DNA of 64,000 nt from positions 1,088,001 through 1,152,000 of the forward strand of contig CAWKKR010000008.1 in the NCBI GenBank assembly GCA_963850305.1. Direction: 5' to 3'. The DNA is from an uncultured delta proteobacterium (GTDB lineage Bacteria > Myxococcota_A > Polyangia > Polyangiales > Polyangiaceae). Every line of letters begins with the position of its first letter. The stretch's first letter is position 1. The translations under genes and the position numbers were made by a program. Of the stretch, positions 60,924-64,000 are shown in pieces. The notes below the pieces were generated by a model. That model was not told the origin of the DNA. It worked only from the letters and a program-made list of their open reading frames with translations, and searched no databases.

Positions 60924-62669
60924 CTAATCCTGATCGCCGGCTTTCGGCTCCTCGAGGATTCTGTCGTTGATGTCGATCTTGCCCTGCTGTGCTTGACGAA
61001 GACGCGCGACGTATCGGGTCAACGCGTCGGCCTGCTTCGCGATCACGAGCTGACGTATGACATCCGCCTTGGCCGAGGCGAAGTCGTCACGGGTCGCAGC
61101 GGTCTTTTCTTTGAGCTGGATTACGAGGAAACCACCCATGATCGAGATCGGCTCGGGACGAACTTCGTCAGGCTTCGAGAGATCGAATGCCATGCGTCCA
61201 ACAGGAACGCCGTACGCACCCGGCACGGGTTCGCCTTCGACGTTGAACGGTGCGGAGATCTCGGCCCTCGGCACGTGCTCATCGGCTTCGGGCCCGGATT
61301 CGTCGTTTTCTTCGGTCGGACCCTTGACGCCTGGCTTGCTCGGGTGCGCGGGCACGGGAACATTGACGGCGGCAAATTGCCCATTCAGCTTCGCCACCGT
61401 GTCATCCAGCCGCGCACCGCCCTGCGCGGCGCGGACGAGCTCGGTCGCGAACTCCTTGGCGCGAACCTCGCCGGCCGCATGCAAGGCGAGCGGACGCGCC
61501 ACACTTCGTCGGCCAGTCGCGACGACATCCCCAGCCGCGAGCACGGAATCCACTCGAATCAGATGATAACCGCTCGCCGTCTCGATGACGGGCGAGACGC
61601 TTCCTGGCGTGAGCGTCGCCGCAGCACGGGCGAGTGCATTGCCACCTGGACCGTACGATTCGGGCGTCAGACATCCGAGCTGCCCGCCCGCGAACGCTGA
61701 CGGCCCGTCAGACAGGTCCCGCGCAACGACCCCGAACGGCTCTCCTCGATCGATGCGGCTCTTCGCCTGGACGATCTTGTCTTTCAGAAGCGTCTTGTCC
61801 GCCTCGGTGGCGTCTGGTGCGAAGGTCTCCACGATTTCGCTCGCAAGGGGACAACCCGCTTTCCATTTCGGAGCCGCCGTCTTCCAGGCTTCGTCGACCT
61901 CGGACTTGTGATCGCGGGACCAGCGATCTATCGCCGCGTCCGAGGAGTCGACAGCCCACTTGGCAAACCAGTCCGAATCCACCTTCACGAAGCGAATGAC
62001 CGCTTTCGATTTGTCGCGCTGAAAGACATCGAAGGCCTCGTCGTCGGAGACGCGGACCGGCGCCCGCACGAGATCCCGGAGACGCGCCGCGAGCAGCTCG
62101 CGTTCCTGCATCTTCAGAAACTCCTTCGGACTCCGGTTCGTCATGCTCCGTACGACCCGCGCGTAGAGGTCGTCATCGACTTCTCCCGTCTTCGGGTCCA
62201 CCACGGGGAGCTCGCGAACCATGTCGCGGGAAATTCCATTCTCGTCGGCACTCACGAGGTCGAGCATGGACCCGAGGCGGAGGGCGCTCGCCGCCGGCAG
62301 GGAAGCGTGAGCCCTACCTTGACGAAGCTCGTCCTTGACGGCTTCCTCGTCGATGGACAACCCGAGACGTTCGGCTTCCGAAAAAAGCAGCTCGCGTTCG
62401 ATGACCCCGTCGAGAACGTGCTTTCGCAACGAGTACGCCTTGATCTGCTTCTGCGAGACGCCGCGTGGAACGATCAGCCCGAATTCAGCGAAATAGTCCT
62501 TCGGCGTCACACATTCGTCATCGATCCGAACTGCGCACTCGCGGCGGATGGATCCCGTCTGCATCCGCGACGTCGAGCGAAATTCGAGGATGAAGACGAC
62601 GATGATCGAGAACACGACGCCGGCCATCAAGACCTGGCCGGTGCCGCCTTGTCGGAGCGAGCTCAACAT
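60924..62669 (-). CDS. SurA/PpiD-like peptidyl-prolyl isomerase
   Basis: N-terminal TM, SurA N domain, F..VARDLS, GG.LG, SPVIET.SGYHLI. Confidence 0.85.
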   Translation of the reverse strand: MLSSLRQGGTGQVLMAGVVFSIIVVFILEFRSTSRMQTGSIRRECAVRIDDECVTPKDYFAEFGLIVPRGVSQKQIKAYSLRKHVLDGVIERELLFSEAERLGLSIDEEAVKDELRQGRAHASLPAASALRLGSMLDLVSADENGISRDMVRELPVVDPKTGEVDDDLYARVVRSMTNRSPKEFLKMQERELLAARLRDLVRAPVRVSDDEAFDVFQRDKSKAVIRFVKVDSDWFAKWAVDSSDAAIDRWSRDHKSEVDEAWKTAAPKWKAGCPLASEIVETFAPDATEADKTLLKDKIVQAKSRIDRGEPFGVVARDLSDGPSAFAGGQLGCLTPESYGPGGNALARAAATLTPGSVSPVIETASGYHLIRVDSVLAAGDVVATGRRSVARPLALHAAGEVRAKEFATELVRAAQGGARLDDTVAKLNGQFAAVNVPVPAHPSKPGVKGPTEENDESGPEADEHVPRAEISAPFNVEGEPVPGAYGVPVGRMAFDLSKPDEVRPEPISIMGGFLVIQLKEKTAATRDDFASAKADVIRQLVIAKQADALTRYVARLRQAQQGKIDINDRILEEPKAGDQD

Positions 62670-62787
62670 CTAAAGCGGCGCTAGCACTAGATGACAGTCC
62701 GTTGCTCGGCAACAGATCTTCGAACCACTCAGCTCGGCAAACCTTGGGTGCGCCGCTTCCATCCTGCTTCTCGCGGGGAGCACCTGA

Positions 62788-63228
62788 TCAGGTGTCCTGA
62801 TCCGCATCCGCTGTCTTGTTCGCCGCGAGCATCAGTTTGAGCTCTTCCACGAGACTTCCTGCGTCCACGCTCTTTTCGAAGGCGACCTCGTACCACGTGT
62901 CCAGCGTGCGCGGCCCGCCACCCGGATCCCTGACGACGACGACGGATGTCTCCACTTCGCGATAGCCACGTGGCCCCGCGAGGACCGCAACTTTGCGGGC
63001 GCGGCCGAAGAGATCGTCCGGTGTCTCGCCGGGAAATTGGCTCGCCTGAGCGCGTGTCACGAAGCGGACGGCTGGTGGATCCGACGCCACGGCACAAACA
63101 TCCCCGTCCATGATGAGGTTCTCCCTGACGCGATCCGCAAGGTGAACCCTGTCTCCTTGGACACGAAAAATCTCCAGACCTGCCGCAATGAGCTGCTTCT
63201 TGAGCTCGGTGGGGGTGGCGCTCGGCAT
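62788..63228 (-). CDS. hypothetical protein
   Basis: 146-aa ORF with GAGG RBS. Confidence 0.7.
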   Translation of the reverse strand: MPSATPTELKKQLIAAGLEIFRVQGDRVHLADRVRENLIMDGDVCAVASDPPAVRFVTRAQASQFPGETPDDLFGRARKVAVLAGPRGYREVETSVVVVRDPGGGPRTLDTWYEVAFEKSVDAGSLVEELKLMLAANKTADADQDT

Positions 63229-63495
63229 TTACCTCATTCTGGCTAAACGGCAGGGTTGGGCTCGGGTTCGCGGCGGAGGTTCCGACGGGGAAACCGCGGC
63301 CCTGGAACGGCGGCGTCCGAGACCTTCTCAGAGCAAAAAAACCCCGTCAAGGACGTCGGCGCGCCGCTCACGGCGAAAAGCTCGGCAAAAGTCCTCCTCG
63401 GCAGACCGCCGATTCGCGGGCGAGGTGACGCGCCCGCGGCCGGAGCCCTCCTAATTCGCGGGGTGGACGCCAAAGTAGTGCTAGGTTTAGGCGCC

Positions 63496-63867
63496 GTGTC
63501 TCGCCGGAGCTCGAGTCCATCCGTCCCGATACCGGAGGGTGCCATCCACGGGACTCGTCGGGCAGGAGGGCCGCGTCGAGAAGCGACGGAGCGAGTTCGA
63601 CTTCGCAGCGACGCGTTTCAAACGACGGGATGGACACTGAACATCAGTAGAGGGGGAGCACGCCTCGTGCTGGAAGAAGGTGTCCAGCTCGGAGAGCTTT
63701 ACCAGGTCGAGATGGGGAGCGACGCCGAGCCGCGCGAGGTTCGCATCATCTGGGCGCAAGACGAGGCTGATGGCCAGATTGTCGGAGTGCAGTTCCTCGA
63801 TACCGACGGCTCGGTTCCACCGCCGCCGGTGACGTCGGGCGCGCCCGGCGCGAAGAATCGCGGATAG
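63496..63867 (+). CDS. PilZ domain protein
   Basis: RREATER, NISRGG, IIW...VGVQF. Confidence 0.8.
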   Translation: MSRRSSSPSVPIPEGAIHGTRRAGGPRREATERVRLRSDAFQTTGWTLNISRGGARLVLEEGVQLGELYQVEMGSDAEPREVRIIWAQDEADGQIVGVQFLDTDGSVPPPPVTSGAPGAKNRG

Positions 63868-64000
63868 TGAACTCGGCCGAGTTGCTCGGACCGGACGGAC
63901 CGCTCGCCCGGAATATGCCCGGCTACGAAGCACGTAGCGGTCAGCTCGCCATGGCCGCCGAAGTCGAACGAGCCCTGCGTGAGGATCGAGTGTTGTTGTC

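Overview
GC-rich bacterial chromosomal segment whose gene content (Ser/Thr kinase with PEGA-like tail, PilZ, RCC1-repeat, STAS/SEC14, copper monooxygenase, stressosome) suggests a myxobacterium (Polyangiaceae-like; inference). It is mostly housekeeping and envelope genes: serS, rnr, add, cbpA/dnaJ, rpoZ, perR-like fur with ahpC, aroC, mfd, tsaC, pal-tolQRAB, ilvE, an M16 peptidase and a SurA/PpiD-like chaperone. Best candidate for an undescribed system: 49.4-54.1 kb, a LuxR-type regulator, two paralogous cupin + heme-oxygenase-like diiron (HDO) fusion proteins with reciprocally lost metal ligands (a possible split SznF-like enzyme), and a cytoplasmic gamma-glutamyltransferase. Other notable items: a dif-like XerCD site between mfd and tsaC; a stressosome operon with HAMP-like RsbR proteins, two RsbT kinases and no visible output module; a 187-nt structured palindrome between rpoZ and the perR-like gene; a four-helix-bundle pseudogene hit by, and flanked with, a REP-like hairpin family; an orphan bufferin-like Cys-rich peptide; a cytochrome c-fused copper monooxygenase; a degenerate Ppx/GppA; and many apparently leaderless genes. 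No rRNA, tRNA, CRISPR, transposase or reverse transcriptase was seen. Several frameshifts may be sequencing or assembly errors. All calls come from reading motifs by eye, and start codons were adjusted manually.
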